A stretch of 64,000 nucleotides of DNA from an uncultured archaeon (lineage in GTDB: Archaea > Asgardarchaeota > Thorarchaeia > Thorarchaeales > Thorarchaeaceae): contig CAZLEV010000002.1 in NCBI GenBank assembly GCA_964558645.1, forward strand, positions 192,001 to 256,000, given 5' to 3'. Under the pieces are notes generated by a model, which did no database searches, was not told the origin of the DNA, and saw only the letters and a program-made list of their open reading frames with translations. The position numbers and the translations under genes are program-made. Each line of letters begins with the position of its first letter. The first letter of the stretch is position 1. Shown piece after piece: positions 1 to 9,650 of this stretch.

Positions 1-733
1 CTGCACCAGTCAGCTCCTCAGCTAGTGTGTGTGCTTCAGAGCACCTTATGATATACCTGTCCTTGGTGTATTTCTGGATGAGGTCATAAGTATCACCGTG
101 CTCGACGATAAGCCCTTCTTTGATGAAGGCAATCCTGTTACATACTCGTTGCACTTCTGAGAGTATATGAGAGGTGATAACAAAGGAAACCCCGGTCTCA
201 TTGTGCAGGTCATAGATCAGGTCCAAGACCTTTTCACGTCCCAGGACATCGAGGTTGGAGGTGGGCTCATCTAGGAACACCAGTTCGGGGTCTCCAGCAA
301 ATGCCAGGGCGATGCCCAGCCGCTGCCTCATACCAGCAGACAGGTCTCTTATCCTACGGCCCCCTATGTCCACAAGCCCGATCATCTCCAGGAGCTGTTT
401 GGGGTTAACTTCACTTCTATAGAAACGCTTTACTTGGTACAGATAATCAATAGGAAGCATATGAGCAGGAACGACTGTCCGTTCATGAAGCACACCAATC
501 TTCTGCCTAATCTTTAGACTTTCAGTCCTCACGTCCATCCCAAGTACCTCTGCACTCCCTGCATCAAAGGGCACGAGGCCAAGTAGAATACGGAGTAGCG
601 TTGTCTTTCCGGCGCCATTTGGACCAATAAGACCAAAAATCCCGGGGGCGATTGTCAAATCAATACCATTGAGTGCTTTGACGTCTCCAAACGTCTTCTT
701 GGCATCTGAAACGGAAACGACCAAAGGACTCAT
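1..733 (-). CDS. ABC transporter ATP-binding protein (ABC-2 type), 3' end runs off the window; not in ORF track
   Basis: Manual translation from ATG at 733: MSPLVVSVSDAKKTFGDVKALNG..., Walker A GPNGAGKTT, signature LSAGMRQR, Walker B LVFLDEPT. Confidence 0.93.
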   Translation of the reverse strand, partial: MSPLVVSVSDAKKTFGDVKALNGIDLTIAPGIFGLIGPNGAGKTTLLRILLGLVPFDAGSAEVLGMDVRTESLKIRQKIGVLHERTVVPAHMLPIDYLYQVKRFYRSEVNPKQLLEMIGLVDIGGRRIRDLSAGMRQRLGIALAFAGDPELVFLDEPTSNLDVLGREKVLDLIYDLHNETGVSFVITSHILSEVQRVCNRIAFIKEGLIVEHGDTYDLIQKYTKDRYIIRCSEAHTLAEELTGA

Positions 734-993
734 AGTTACATCCCTCTGTATCCAGAATTATGTGATACAACCACATCAGACTACAACGAAATCCCAGTCA
801 ACCTGATGACCGTTGCCCGTGACCACTGACCATCATTACAATAGGGCCAGATACTTATGTCTTCTGTCGCTCTTGGCCTTGTGTAGAAAATCAATAACGG
901 TGGTCTGGCTGGGACAAGTCACATCATGTCCATGTACGGATCCTAGACCCTATCTCTTCCTTTGGTAGAAAAGAAGGATAAATGTGATGAAGA

Positions 994-1905
994 ATGACAC
1001 CAAACAAACCGATAGTTATAGATTCCTTGACGAAGACCTTTGATGAGATCATTGCCCTTGATGACCTGAGCCTCAGTACAGAGGCAGGTGTACTCGGACT
1101 CATTGGCCCAAATGGAGCAGGGAAGACCACACTGCTCCGAACACTGCTAGGGTTGATAGCGCCAGATTCTGGAAGAGCTATGGTCCTTGGCTTGGACGTG
1201 GAAGAGTCTTCATTAGAAATAAGAGGACGTATTGGTGTATTGCATGAGAGGATGGTGTTCCCTGCACAAATGGAGGCGCGTGAGTATCTGAGTGATGTCG
1301 TCGGACTCTATGATGGGGTGCAAGAACCTGACGACCTCCTTGGAATGGTCGGCCTAGGAGCTGCTGCGGGCAGACAGATAGGCAACTTTTCCGCAGGGAT
1401 GAGGCAGCGGCTGGGCATCGCCCTGGCATTTGCTGGAGACCCCGAACTGGTGTTCCTAGATGAGCCCACCTCCAACCTCGATGTCCTGGGACGTGACCAG
1501 ATACTAGGACTGATTGTTGACCTCTATCAGGAGTCTGGTGTGTCCTTCATCATAGCATCTCATGTGCTCTCTGAACTTGAAAGGGTCTGTAGTCATGTGG
1601 CCTTCATCGACAGGGGGAGGATACTCGAGCATGGCACTACCAATGGTGTGATCCAACGCCATGGAGGAAACAAGTTCAGGATACTCTGTTCTGACTCTGA
1701 CAAGCTACTCTCTTATGTGAAACAAATGGATTCTGTGCGGTTCATCCAGCGGCTCGGGACTACGGGGATCCAGGTAGAGATTGAAGACGACCCACAAAGG
1801 GTCCTGGAACAGCTGGGTGAGTTCGCTGAGTCTGTAGGGGTGAAGTTCTATGGCCTTGAGAAGTCAGCAACACTTGAAGACGCATTCAAGGGGGCGATAT
1901 CATGA
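994..1905 (+). CDS. ABC transporter ATP-binding protein (ABC-2 type)
   Basis: GPNGAGKTT, FSAGMRQR, VFLDEPT, SH switch. Confidence 0.95.
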   Translation: MTPNKPIVIDSLTKTFDEIIALDDLSLSTEAGVLGLIGPNGAGKTTLLRTLLGLIAPDSGRAMVLGLDVEESSLEIRGRIGVLHERMVFPAQMEAREYLSDVVGLYDGVQEPDDLLGMVGLGAAAGRQIGNFSAGMRQRLGIALAFAGDPELVFLDEPTSNLDVLGRDQILGLIVDLYQESGVSFIIASHVLSELERVCSHVAFIDRGRILEHGTTNGVIQRHGGNKFRILCSDSDKLLSYVKQMDSVRFIQRLGTTGIQVEIEDDPQRVLEQLGEFAESVGVKFYGLEKSATLEDAFKGAIS

Positions 1906-2684
1906 AGTCACGACTGAAACACATGTTTCATCTGGCTAGAGTCGAACTTGCGCTCTATTACCGTTTTCCTATCGTAGAAGGGCTGGCAGCAACGGTGTTC
2001 TTCATTATCCTCTATAACACCTATGCTATAGGTGGACAGAGTGGGAGCATCACAATTGGCGATTACGATAGGGTATCGGAATTCATGGGCCAAATAACAT
2101 CCCGCACACTCAACTCGGGACTGATAGGGTTCTACAACTTGCTGGTCCTCTTTATCCCGTTCGTTGTCTCGTTTGCCATCGCAAGACCATACGAAGACGG
2201 ATACTTCCGTACATTGCTGACATACCCTACTAGGAGAAGTCAAGTCTTTATCATGAAAGTCGTAGTCGCAATCATCATTCCAGCCACACTGGTCACCACA
2301 GCCCTCCTCAGCTCAGTGTCTTTCGTGTTTCAGGTAGCTCCAACACTAAACCAGACAGCAGCAATCATAGCTGGTATATGGTTGTTTGTGCTAGTCCAGG
2401 TGTCTCTGGTCACCTTCGTGGCCACACTGACAGAACGACTCTCTATAACATTGATAGCAAATGCCGGGTATTGGATTGCGGTCACAGCCCTGGTGGCGAA
2501 CCCGGGCCTGCATCCGGTACTAATCGGACTCCTCCATCCAATCAGAGCTGCGGCCGGGTATGTGGGTCTACTCCCGACTCCCTTCACTCTCACAGACCTA
2601 GTTGTCGGTGGATTCCTGAACCTAGTCCTCTGTGTGTTCTTACTCGCCTTCAGTCTGTATACTTTCAGGAGAGCCGAGCTATGA
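1902..2684 (+). CDS. ABC-2 type permease
   Basis: About 6 TM segments, EDGYFRTLLTYP motif typical of ABC-2 permeases, ATGA overlap with the ATPase. Confidence 0.88.
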   Translation: MKSRLKHMFHLARVELALYYRFPIVEGLAATVFFIILYNTYAIGGQSGSITIGDYDRVSEFMGQITSRTLNSGLIGFYNLLVLFIPFVVSFAIARPYEDGYFRTLLTYPTRRSQVFIMKVVVAIIIPATLVTTALLSSVSFVFQVAPTLNQTAAIIAGIWLFVLVQVSLVTFVATLTERLSITLIANAGYWIAVTALVANPGLHPVLIGLLHPIRAAAGYVGLLPTPFTLTDLVVGGFLNLVLCVFLLAFSLYTFRRAEL

Positions 2685-3184
2685 AGAGAACGCTGTCGAA
2701 GACAGGGAAACTACTCATGACTCTGGGACTGGTGATAATCTTGATTCCCTATACGGGACAGTACTTCCGACATGAACATGGCGAGTTCTTGGGCGTTTCT
2801 GACGACAGGCCCGGGGCATTCCTTGTCAGTACCAATAGGCCCCTCCTGCATGTTAACATCACACTTGACAGAGGGGACCAGCCATTCTCAATGTATGTCC
2901 TGACTTGGCAAGACGCGAATGAAACTTTTGTCCAGGACAGGTCGATAAATGAGGCGGACCCCATCGCCAGTTTTGAGAATCTGACACACTTCTACGACAC
3001 AATTGCAGTTCCTGAGCCAGGCCTGTATTGCTTTGTCTTTACGACCTCATCCGAGGAAGTCATGTACCTAGACGCAGGCATCAGAGAGATAGGTATGAGT
3101 GTGGGGCTCCTGACAGTCGGAAGTGGGGTCTTTGCTGCTGGTGCGCTCTGCTTCATTCTCGCACTCATCTATAGAAGAAGATAG
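2681..3184 (+). CDS. Hypothetical membrane protein (N- and C-terminal TM, extracellular beta domain)
   Basis: ATG at 2681 overlaps the permease stop (ATGA); the ORF-track extension to 2378 lies inside the permease. Confidence 0.75.
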   Translation: MKRTLSKTGKLLMTLGLVIILIPYTGQYFRHEHGEFLGVSDDRPGAFLVSTNRPLLHVNITLDRGDQPFSMYVLTWQDANETFVQDRSINEADPIASFENLTHFYDTIAVPEPGLYCFVFTTSSEEVMYLDAGIREIGMSVGLLTVGSGVFAAGALCFILALIYRRR

Positions 3185-4039
3185 GACACCTCTGACAAAG
3201 AGCCACGGAACCCAATGATTGGAAATCAGCCGTGAATGTCGTATCCATTTCTTCCAGTTGCCAGTCTTTACTGCCCAGCCCTCTGTCGATCTCTATGGAA
3301 ACGTGGAGAGAACCAATGATAGGGACATCTTCGGTAGATATCACATAGAACACTATTGTATAAGTCCCCCATTACTCTCCGAGGTTGTCATAGCCAAATA
3401 CGCCTCCCCAGTCACCACGTGTCACGTTCCGGAAGTCCCTGCACAGGTCTACCGTTCATTGTATGTGGGACAAAAGATATGAGTCTTCTTCCATACGAAT
3501 GTGATTCAGGACTAGATGGGTCGCGTCCAGGTTCATCACCATGATGATGGTAGACAAACTCGGACACCAGAGAGTTGTCCCCCCAGGTAAGCGCACTGGG
3601 TGGTCTCTGTCGTGGTCAGCGATACTGTGTGAGTGACCAGCTCTCAGTTGTGGGCTGGAGGATATAGACTCCTATACTGGAGTGTCCCACCCTGTCGACG
3701 TTTTCGGTAGCTGTTGGTCTACCCTTGCTGTATAGCCCAGCTGTTCGAACTCCTCTGACGGCATGTTCAGTAGCTGGTGAGTATAGCTCAGTCTGTTCGG
3801 ACAGTTCCCCCAATCGAGGACAAAGACATCATAGTACAGGACGTTAGAGAACCCAGGGTGCGGCGGAGGTACATAAGACTCCATGATGACCCACTCTCCG
3901 AGGTGGACGTACTCGCCATCTTCAGAGATCTGGTAGTGGGACTAAGGGTCTCGCTCACTATGCTCTGGGAGTAGACTGCAGTGCCCAACCCGAAGGTCAT
4001 CAGGACTAGGCCGACGACTGCCAGGGCAGATGCAGCCAT
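3165..4039 (-). pseudogene. Disrupted membrane-protein gene, probable paralog of 2681-3184, split by the repeat element
   Basis: N-terminal TM (MAASALAVVGLVLMTFG), frameshift near 3944, YYDVFVLDWGN...TARVD, then after the element LCRDFRNVT...GE*(TAA 3372-3374)WGTYTIVFYVISTEDV; resembles FSMYVLTWQD...FENLT...GLYCFVFTTSSEEV of 2681-3184. Confidence 0.7.
3446..3723 (+). mobile_element. Non-coding dispersed element, copy 1 (long form), flanked by 8-bp direct repeats GGTCTACC
   Basis: Starts GTTCATTGTATG (3454), ends GTAGCTGTT-GGTCTACC; direct repeats at 3446-3453 and 3716-3723; homologous to 37995-38175 and 58331-58517. Confidence 0.8.
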
Positions 4040-4277
4040 TTCCCGAGGACAGCCGGTTTCTTGGGATTGATCTGTCCGCCCTCTTGATTTGAGAGCACGG
4101 CTGATGGGTGTGCACTAGGCACAATAGAACTTGAAGAACAACCATGTATCAAGCTACATCTGGTCAGAGCTGCTCATCTGTGCCGTGATTGAACGGATAT
4201 TTAGACGATAATCATCATTCGAGCCGTCGCATCTGTGCACACACAGCTCTTCATCTAAGACCTGGCGACGTAATATC

Positions 4278-4883
4278 TCAACCTACCATTTGCTTTGTTA
4301 TCTCGGCTATCCGCTTTCCATAGTCTCTAGCAATCTCAAGTTCAGCATCGGAGGGCTGTCGAGAACCATCTGAACCTGCTGTTGTCGATGGCCCATACGG
4401 AGTGCCTCCACCCATGTTTGTGTTGATTCCAGGAGAGGTATATCCCTGAGGAACTATAATCATGCCCTGGTGCATCAAGGGAATCATCATCGTCACCAGA
4501 GTGGTCTCCTGCCCACCATGGGGTGTGGCCGTACTCGTAAAGACTCCTGCAACCTTGTTCACAAGCTTTCCTTCGGCCCACAGGCCTCCTGTCTGATCGA
4601 TGAAGTTCTTCATCTGAGCAGTCATATTTCCGTATCGTGTTGGACTACCAAAGATGATGGCGTCGTATTCAGGCAGTTCGTCCACGCTGGCCACAGGGAC
4701 ATCCTTCTGCATTTCCACCCCCCGCTTCAACCCCTCATTCTTATCGATGATCTCCTGCGGGACGAGTTCAGCAACACGTTTCAGATCCACCTCAGCACCA
4801 CCGTCAACGGCTCCTTCCTTCACGGCACGCGCCATCTTCAGTGTGTGTCCATAGCTACTATAATACAATACCAATATCTTCAT
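4278..4883 (-). CDS. wrbA: NAD(P)H:quinone oxidoreductase WrbA
   Basis: [36 protein letters not shown] flavodoxin/WrbA motifs. Confidence 0.95.
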   Translation of the reverse strand: MKILVLYYSSYGHTLKMARAVKEGAVDGGAEVDLKRVAELVPQEIIDKNEGLKRGVEMQKDVPVASVDELPEYDAIIFGSPTRYGNMTAQMKNFIDQTGGLWAEGKLVNKVAGVFTSTATPHGGQETTLVTMMIPLMHQGMIIVPQGYTSPGINTNMGGGTPYGPSTTAGSDGSRQPSDAELEIARDYGKRIAEITKQMVG

Positions 4884-5011
4884 GCTTCATCATTGTTAAC
4901 TCGAAGAATATAAACGCAGGGAAACATGCATCAGGATCCAGCCTCTGGCATGATTTTCAGTTCGGAGCAAACACAAGGGTTATAGGCGGAAGTAAACAAT
5001 AGTTAAACATC

Positions 5012-5278
5012 ATGTTGCCAGTCTATCTCGTAGTCGGTGCTGTCGTCCTCACCGCCATCTTCTACGTCTATAGTCGGTATATCGAAACGAGCACCCATAG
5101 AGGCAGCCCCGACCGAACCCCCTATCGCGGGCGGGACATGTGGAGAGCCTCCTTGCTAGATTGCGACTATGAACCAGCGAAGTACGTCTTCGGGCCTGGC
5201 AAGGCGATTCCCGCGGAAACTGGCCTGACTCGGCTGTCCTCTGATACTCCATTCCACGTCCACAAAGAGCACAGCTAG
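5012..5278 (+). CDS. Small hypothetical membrane protein
   Basis: ATG start, N-terminal TM, TATA-like TTATA upstream. Confidence 0.55.
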   Translation: MLPVYLVVGAVVLTAIFYVYSRYIETSTHRGSPDRTPYRGRDMWRASLLDCDYEPAKYVFGPGKAIPAETGLTRLSSDTPFHVHKEHS

Positions 5279-5308
5279 GGCTCGCAGCCTTAGAGGATCT
5301 CTCTGTAG

Positions 5309-5434
5309 ACATCTCATATCAACGATGACACGTTCTTAGCGGTTTTCTACATAGAAGGAGATAGAATAGAGACCCTCTTCATCACGTCGAAGCCAGATTC
5401 CTTCAAGAGGAGAGGTGTGATATGGCCCAAATAG
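5309..5434 (+). pseudogene. 3' remnant of a small RelE/DUF4258-like toxin partner
   Basis: Start-less frame DDTFLAVFYIEGDRIETLFITSKPDSFKRRGVIWPK*, overlapping the start of the DUF2283-like gene. Confidence 0.5.
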
Positions 5435-5610
5435 TAGTCGACTTGGAGAATATGGACATCAGATACGATTCGAAGAACGATGCGGTCTAAGTCAGTTCTG
5501 GACCTGTCCAGGAAGCCGATGATTCCGAGATGCTTCCAAATGGCATTGTTGTACGATACAAGGATGGGCAGCCTATCGGCCTTACTGTTGTCGGGACAAA
5601 GGAACCTTAG
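5422..5610 (+). pseudogene. DUF2283-like (antitoxin-type) gene with internal TAA
   Basis: SD GAGGTG; MAQIVVDLENMDIRYDSKNDAV*VSSGPVQEADDSEMLPNGIVVRYKDGQPIGLTVVG; TAA at 5488-5490 replaces the Tyr of the YD..D.lY motif. Confidence 0.7.
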
Positions 5611-5841
5611 GCGTCAGCCTCTTTCATCATACCAATGGTTTTCTCGTTCAGCGTATTCTTCAAGCGAGAGGAAACGATCTGTCTGGCAGTCGAACTCACC
5701 AGTTTATTGTAAGTTAGATAAACTTGGAGGCCAGAGAGTCGTTTCACTGCGGCCTTTGGAAGGCGCCCTCTGCTGTCCGACATACAACGAACTGTATCGC
5801 CCAGGACGTTCGAGATAGTAGGTCAGTCCCTGCAATGAACA

Positions 5842-8331
5842 CTACGGCCAAGTGTATGGCTTCACCTCTTCCCAGAGAAGTCCCTCTGCAGGGCCAGACA
5901 CCAGCACGAAGTAATAGAGGCCCGTGTGATATCCCTGTAACTCAAGGACTGGACTACTGGGCGTGACGACGAACTCATGCACGACTGTGAGATTGGAGGC
6001 AAGAACAAAACCGAAGAAGTCACCCTCCAGCTCTCCTGCAATGAAATCGTAAGCCATTCCGAACTCTATGTAGATGTATCCTTTAAGCAACCCACCATAC
6101 CAATCCCACGAGTCGACAAGCCAGTGATAACTCTCACCACCCTGAACTGGACTGTCAGCGTTGGACGGCAGCTCGGTGGTTGGTGTCACCACCATGGTGA
6201 TGTTGGCCGGACTGTCTAGAACGTTCTCTTTGATGAAGATCAGTCGAGTGATGGTGGTGGGGCCTGCTATCGGATCGATGACATATCCCGGCCAAGTCCC
6301 ATTCACTATCTCTTTCACGAACGTGTCATTCGTCCCGTCTGACCAGAATCTCAAAATGGTTATCTTCCAGTGTGACGGGTCACCACTCCAGTTGAGGAAT
6401 ACAGAGAAGGCCTGAGTGCTGTTGATATCAATCACCTCGTACACGGACTCTCCGGGTTGGACAGTGGTGGTATCGCCCATAGTCTCGTTATTGTAGGTTA
6501 TCTCTATGCTTGGAACAACCCGCATGGATACTCTCCCACTGGCAGCACCCTCTGTGACCGACTTGATGACCCAGATGCGAGCTATCTTCTTCTCTCCATC
6601 CGGCTCGATGAAGACCTCACCCTCCTGTGTAGTCTTGTTCAGGGGGACTAGGAGGGTCTCATTCGTGCCGTCCTCATAGAATACCAGAACGACGGCCGTC
6701 CAGTTCTGTGCGGGACCACTGTAATTGAGCTGTACTCGGAAGGAAGTGCTGTTGGATATCTCGACCTCCTCGATCACAGCACCGCCGCCGCCTCGAACTC
6801 CCACGGTATCGCCGATTGCTCCTCCGGTGTAGTTAAGTCTGATGTGGGGTGTATAGACTGGAACACCATTAGCGTGGTGAGAATCAAGAAAGAGCCAGCT
6901 GAGAAAGCGGGCATATATCTCGGACCAGGTCATGTTCAGCGCGGTCGCAAGAGCATCCTTTGGATCAACGTTGCGGGCATCTCCGGGTCCGTAGTATCTG
7001 GTCGCATTGAAGACCTCAAGAAGCTTTTCGGCCCCGTAGGTCTCATTGATGAACTTGATGAACAGAAATGATGCCATGTAGGAGTTCCAGCTGTGGTCCC
7101 AACCATGGAAGGGGCTGGTCCCGTTCGTGTCACGGAAATGGTCGAACCAGTTGAGCGAGCCGATGGCACGAGCCATGTCATTCCAGGCCGACATGGTCAT
7201 GTTTGGATAGTTCTTGAGCATGGAATATACTCCCCAGAACTCGGCCATTCCCTCATCCCACCAGTAGTCAGGTTCATGTAGAGGATAATACGAACCACCT
7301 AGTGAGTCCGTGCGGGTCTTGAACTGGAAGAGGTGGAACAGCTCATGCTCCCCGACCACTTTGAGTTCTTCTTTAGTTGCCCTAGTTCCCACTCTGATGA
7401 CGATCTCTCCACTGCTTCTGGATACACCTGTAGACTCAGCAGAACCGCTTCTCACCAGACGGATCTTGATCTCATTTCCGGCTGCCGTGGCAGGATCGGT
7501 GAAGTTATGCTCTCTGAAGAAGTTCAGCGAGAAGTTGATGTGCTCTTTGACTAGAGCAATGACTGATGCGTTCACGCCGGGCCCCGCCGTAACCGTCACA
7601 TTCTCTCCGCGTTGCACATCAGGACGGACTATCCCATCGAAGTCATCAACAAGCCTGATGCTGTTAGTGAACAAGATCTGTTCTCCGCCGAAATCACCAG
7701 TTGTTGTGAAGAGCTCGGTATTCGGCTCTCCGGGAGTCTGAATGGTTGATATCCATGAGCTGGAGTATCCTTCGGAGTTTCCCATGAGTGAGATCGAGTG
7801 GTTGTCGCCAGGAGAGATACTCACGCCCATCTCCTCATTGGGCCAATCACCCATGACGGGATCACCATTGCCTCCTCCGTATCGCATGAAACTGACGAGA
7901 GCACCGGTAGCGTCGTGGAGACCCACTTCGTCGCCGGGAAGATCCAAGTGCTTTGTTGTTGAACCTGTATAGATAGTCGCCTGTCCGTCACCCACATCGA
8001 GGTCATTGGTCCCCGAGCCAGACACAACCAGAATGAATGCGAACTCGGAGTCACCGGTCAAAGTAGGTAACACGATACGGTCGTCATCATATGTTGTGAG
8101 GATCCAGCCGGTGATGTCCTCAAGACCCCCGTCCGTATAGAGCTCTACATACTCAGGAGAGTCGTCATGACTGGGCATGACTTCATTGATTATGATAGCC
8201 TGAGATGAAGCGGAGGGAATGTCTCTCAGTTCGACAGGCTGTTCGGTTTTCGACAACTGAAGATAGACATAGGATCCAGCTGCAACTCCAATAATGAGAA
8301 TAACGACGAATGCAACTATGCGGCGGTTCAT
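5842..8331 (-). CDS. Membrane-anchored extracellular metallopeptidase: lamin-tail domain + HEXXH gluzincin + repeated beta modules
   Basis: N-terminal TM; IIINEVMP...EYVELY (LTD); HELFH...WWDEGMAEF; many N-x-S/T sequons. Confidence 0.8.
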   Translation of the reverse strand: MNRRIVAFVVILIIGVAAGSYVYLQLSKTEQPVELRDIPSASSQAIIINEVMPSHDDSPEYVELYTDGGLEDITGWILTTYDDDRIVLPTLTGDSEFAFILVVSGSGTNDLDVGDGQATIYTGSTTKHLDLPGDEVGLHDATGALVSFMRYGGGNGDPVMGDWPNEEMGVSISPGDNHSISLMGNSEGYSSSWISTIQTPGEPNTELFTTTGDFGGEQILFTNSIRLVDDFDGIVRPDVQRGENVTVTAGPGVNASVIALVKEHINFSLNFFREHNFTDPATAAGNEIKIRLVRSGSAESTGVSRSSGEIVIRVGTRATKEELKVVGEHELFHLFQFKTRTDSLGGSYYPLHEPDYWWDEGMAEFWGVYSMLKNYPNMTMSAWNDMARAIGSLNWFDHFRDTNGTSPFHGWDHSWNSYMASFLFIKFINETYGAEKLLEVFNATRYYGPGDARNVDPKDALATALNMTWSEIYARFLSWLFLDSHHANGVPVYTPHIRLNYTGGAIGDTVGVRGGGGAVIEEVEISNSTSFRVQLNYSGPAQNWTAVVLVFYEDGTNETLLVPLNKTTQEGEVFIEPDGEKKIARIWVIKSVTEGAASGRVSMRVVPSIEITYNNETMGDTTTVQPGESVYEVIDINSTQAFSVFLNWSGDPSHWKITILRFWSDGTNDTFVKEIVNGTWPGYVIDPIAGPTTITRLIFIKENVLDSPANITMVVTPTTELPSNADSPVQGGESYHWLVDSWDWYGGLLKGYIYIEFGMAYDFIAGELEGDFFGFVLASNLTVVHEFVVTPSSPVLELQGYHTGLYYFVLVSGPAEGLLWEEVKPYTWP

Positions 8332-8464
8332 AGGCTCACCTTCTCGTGGCCTTCACTATGGTTAACTAACTATTTAACGGTTTCTTTTGTATCCTGATAA
8401 TCTGTTTCTTGAAGTTAGGTGAGTGAACGTCACCTGTAAGAAACTTCTGCGTTCCACCCCTCCC

Positions 8465-9562
8465 CTAACTGGGGTATTTCCTCTTCAGTGCTTCAAGCGG
8501 GATGGTGACCATCCAGTCTCTACCGACCTTCCAACTGCCGTTGTCAAGATCGTAATTCTCGGGATAGAACCAATAGAGCGAGCTGTGATTCCCAACTGTG
8601 TCCATGGTGAAGACCTTCAGCTTGGGGAGATACCTCCAGAGTGAATAGAAGAGACGGTGTTCGTGAGTGGGAGGCATTCGTCCCCATATCAGGACTGCAT
8701 CCTGACTCAAGAGATCGATTGACAGGGGGAAGGGAGGCGCATCGTCTCTCTGAAGAGCGTTGAATATCTTCTGCCGGACTCCTTTTGCAGCCTGCGAGCA
8801 GTAGAAGAGCTTCGTTGACGTGACATCAAATCGAGACCTGTCAATCCTGGCACGTATAGACTCGATGTACTGCTCCTTCACGGCCGTCATCTTTCTGCTC
8901 GCTGTGCTCTGGGAGATGGAATATTTCTCCTGTAACTCGCGTTGAGAGATGTCTGCATTCGATGTCAGGTCTCTCAGGATATTCAGTTCGACTGAACTGA
9001 GCTGTGGTGGTTGAAGGTTTTGCTCTGCATCACCAGTCTCTGAGTCAGAGCCGTCAATCACACTCAACCACTTACTCCAATCGTAGTCCCAAGACTGACT
9101 CTCAGAATCAAACCTCTCCAGATTTACGGGCGTGGAATACCGATGCCCGATGCTCGGTATATCTTCTGCATCGTCACAGAAACCAAGCCCTCTGAGACCG
9201 GATAGGAACTCGGAGAGGAGTTGAGCACCTGAAGGAGGGATATCAAACTGCGTGAAGAGACCAGCCGACGGGCCGTAGATTCTAGATCTGTAGTGTGTAT
9301 AGGGATGAAGGTCACATGCCATCTCTAGCCGCTCCACCTGCGTTTCAGATGAAGCATCGAAGAACACAACATGGCGAACAAGACCGAGGCTGCCAGGGTT
9401 GAAGACAGCATAGGAGTTGGATAGAATGCCGGATTCTCTCAGTTGTTCAATGTGTCTGTTTGCAGTGATCCAGCTCGTCCCTACGTTCTCAGCGAGTCTC
9501 TTCACTGCTATCGTAGGTCTGAGTTCGAGTATCTGTAGTATTCTCAGATCAATCTCACTCAA
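8465..9562 (-). CDS. Tandem winged-helix Lrp/AsnC-like transcription regulator
   Basis: Two HTH units (DLRILQILE...AVKRLAENVG; ELNILRDL...ISQRELQEKY); TTG start after GGAGGTGA. Confidence 0.8.
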   Translation of the reverse strand: MSEIDLRILQILELRPTIAVKRLAENVGTSWITANRHIEQLRESGILSNSYAVFNPGSLGLVRHVVFFDASSETQVERLEMACDLHPYTHYRSRIYGPSAGLFTQFDIPPSGAQLLSEFLSGLRGLGFCDDAEDIPSIGHRYSTPVNLERFDSESQSWDYDWSKWLSVIDGSDSETGDAEQNLQPPQLSSVELNILRDLTSNADISQRELQEKYSISQSTASRKMTAVKEQYIESIRARIDRSRFDVTSTKLFYCSQAAKGVRQKIFNALQRDDAPPFPLSIDLLSQDAVLIWGRMPPTHEHRLFYSLWRYLPKLKVFTMDTVGNHSSLYWFYPENYDLDNGSWKVGRDWMVTIPLEALKRKYPS

Positions 9563-9650
9563 TGTCAGAGCTCTTCACCTCCCGAGGACGGCTTGTCATG
9601 CGCTCACATCAGCTTTTCATTACGGTCACGGTATTCGTCAATCTTCTCCG

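Noticed and set aside
784-815. GAAA...GTC...CTGATGA resembling a hammerhead ribozyme core
   Set aside because: No room or complementarity for stems I and III.
2378-2680. N-terminal extension of ORF 2378-3184
   Set aside because: Lies out of frame inside the permease; ATG 2681 gives a typical ATGA coupling.
3446-3723. Element as a group II, spliceosomal-type or CRISPR-related sequence
   Set aside because: No GUGYG start or domain V, no GT-AG boundary in any register of the 8-bp repeat, and copies are dispersed rather than arrayed with spacers.
3763-3778. TTCAGTAGCTG echoing the element's 3' end just outside copy 1
   Set aside because: Short match inside the host coding sequence; compatible with chance.
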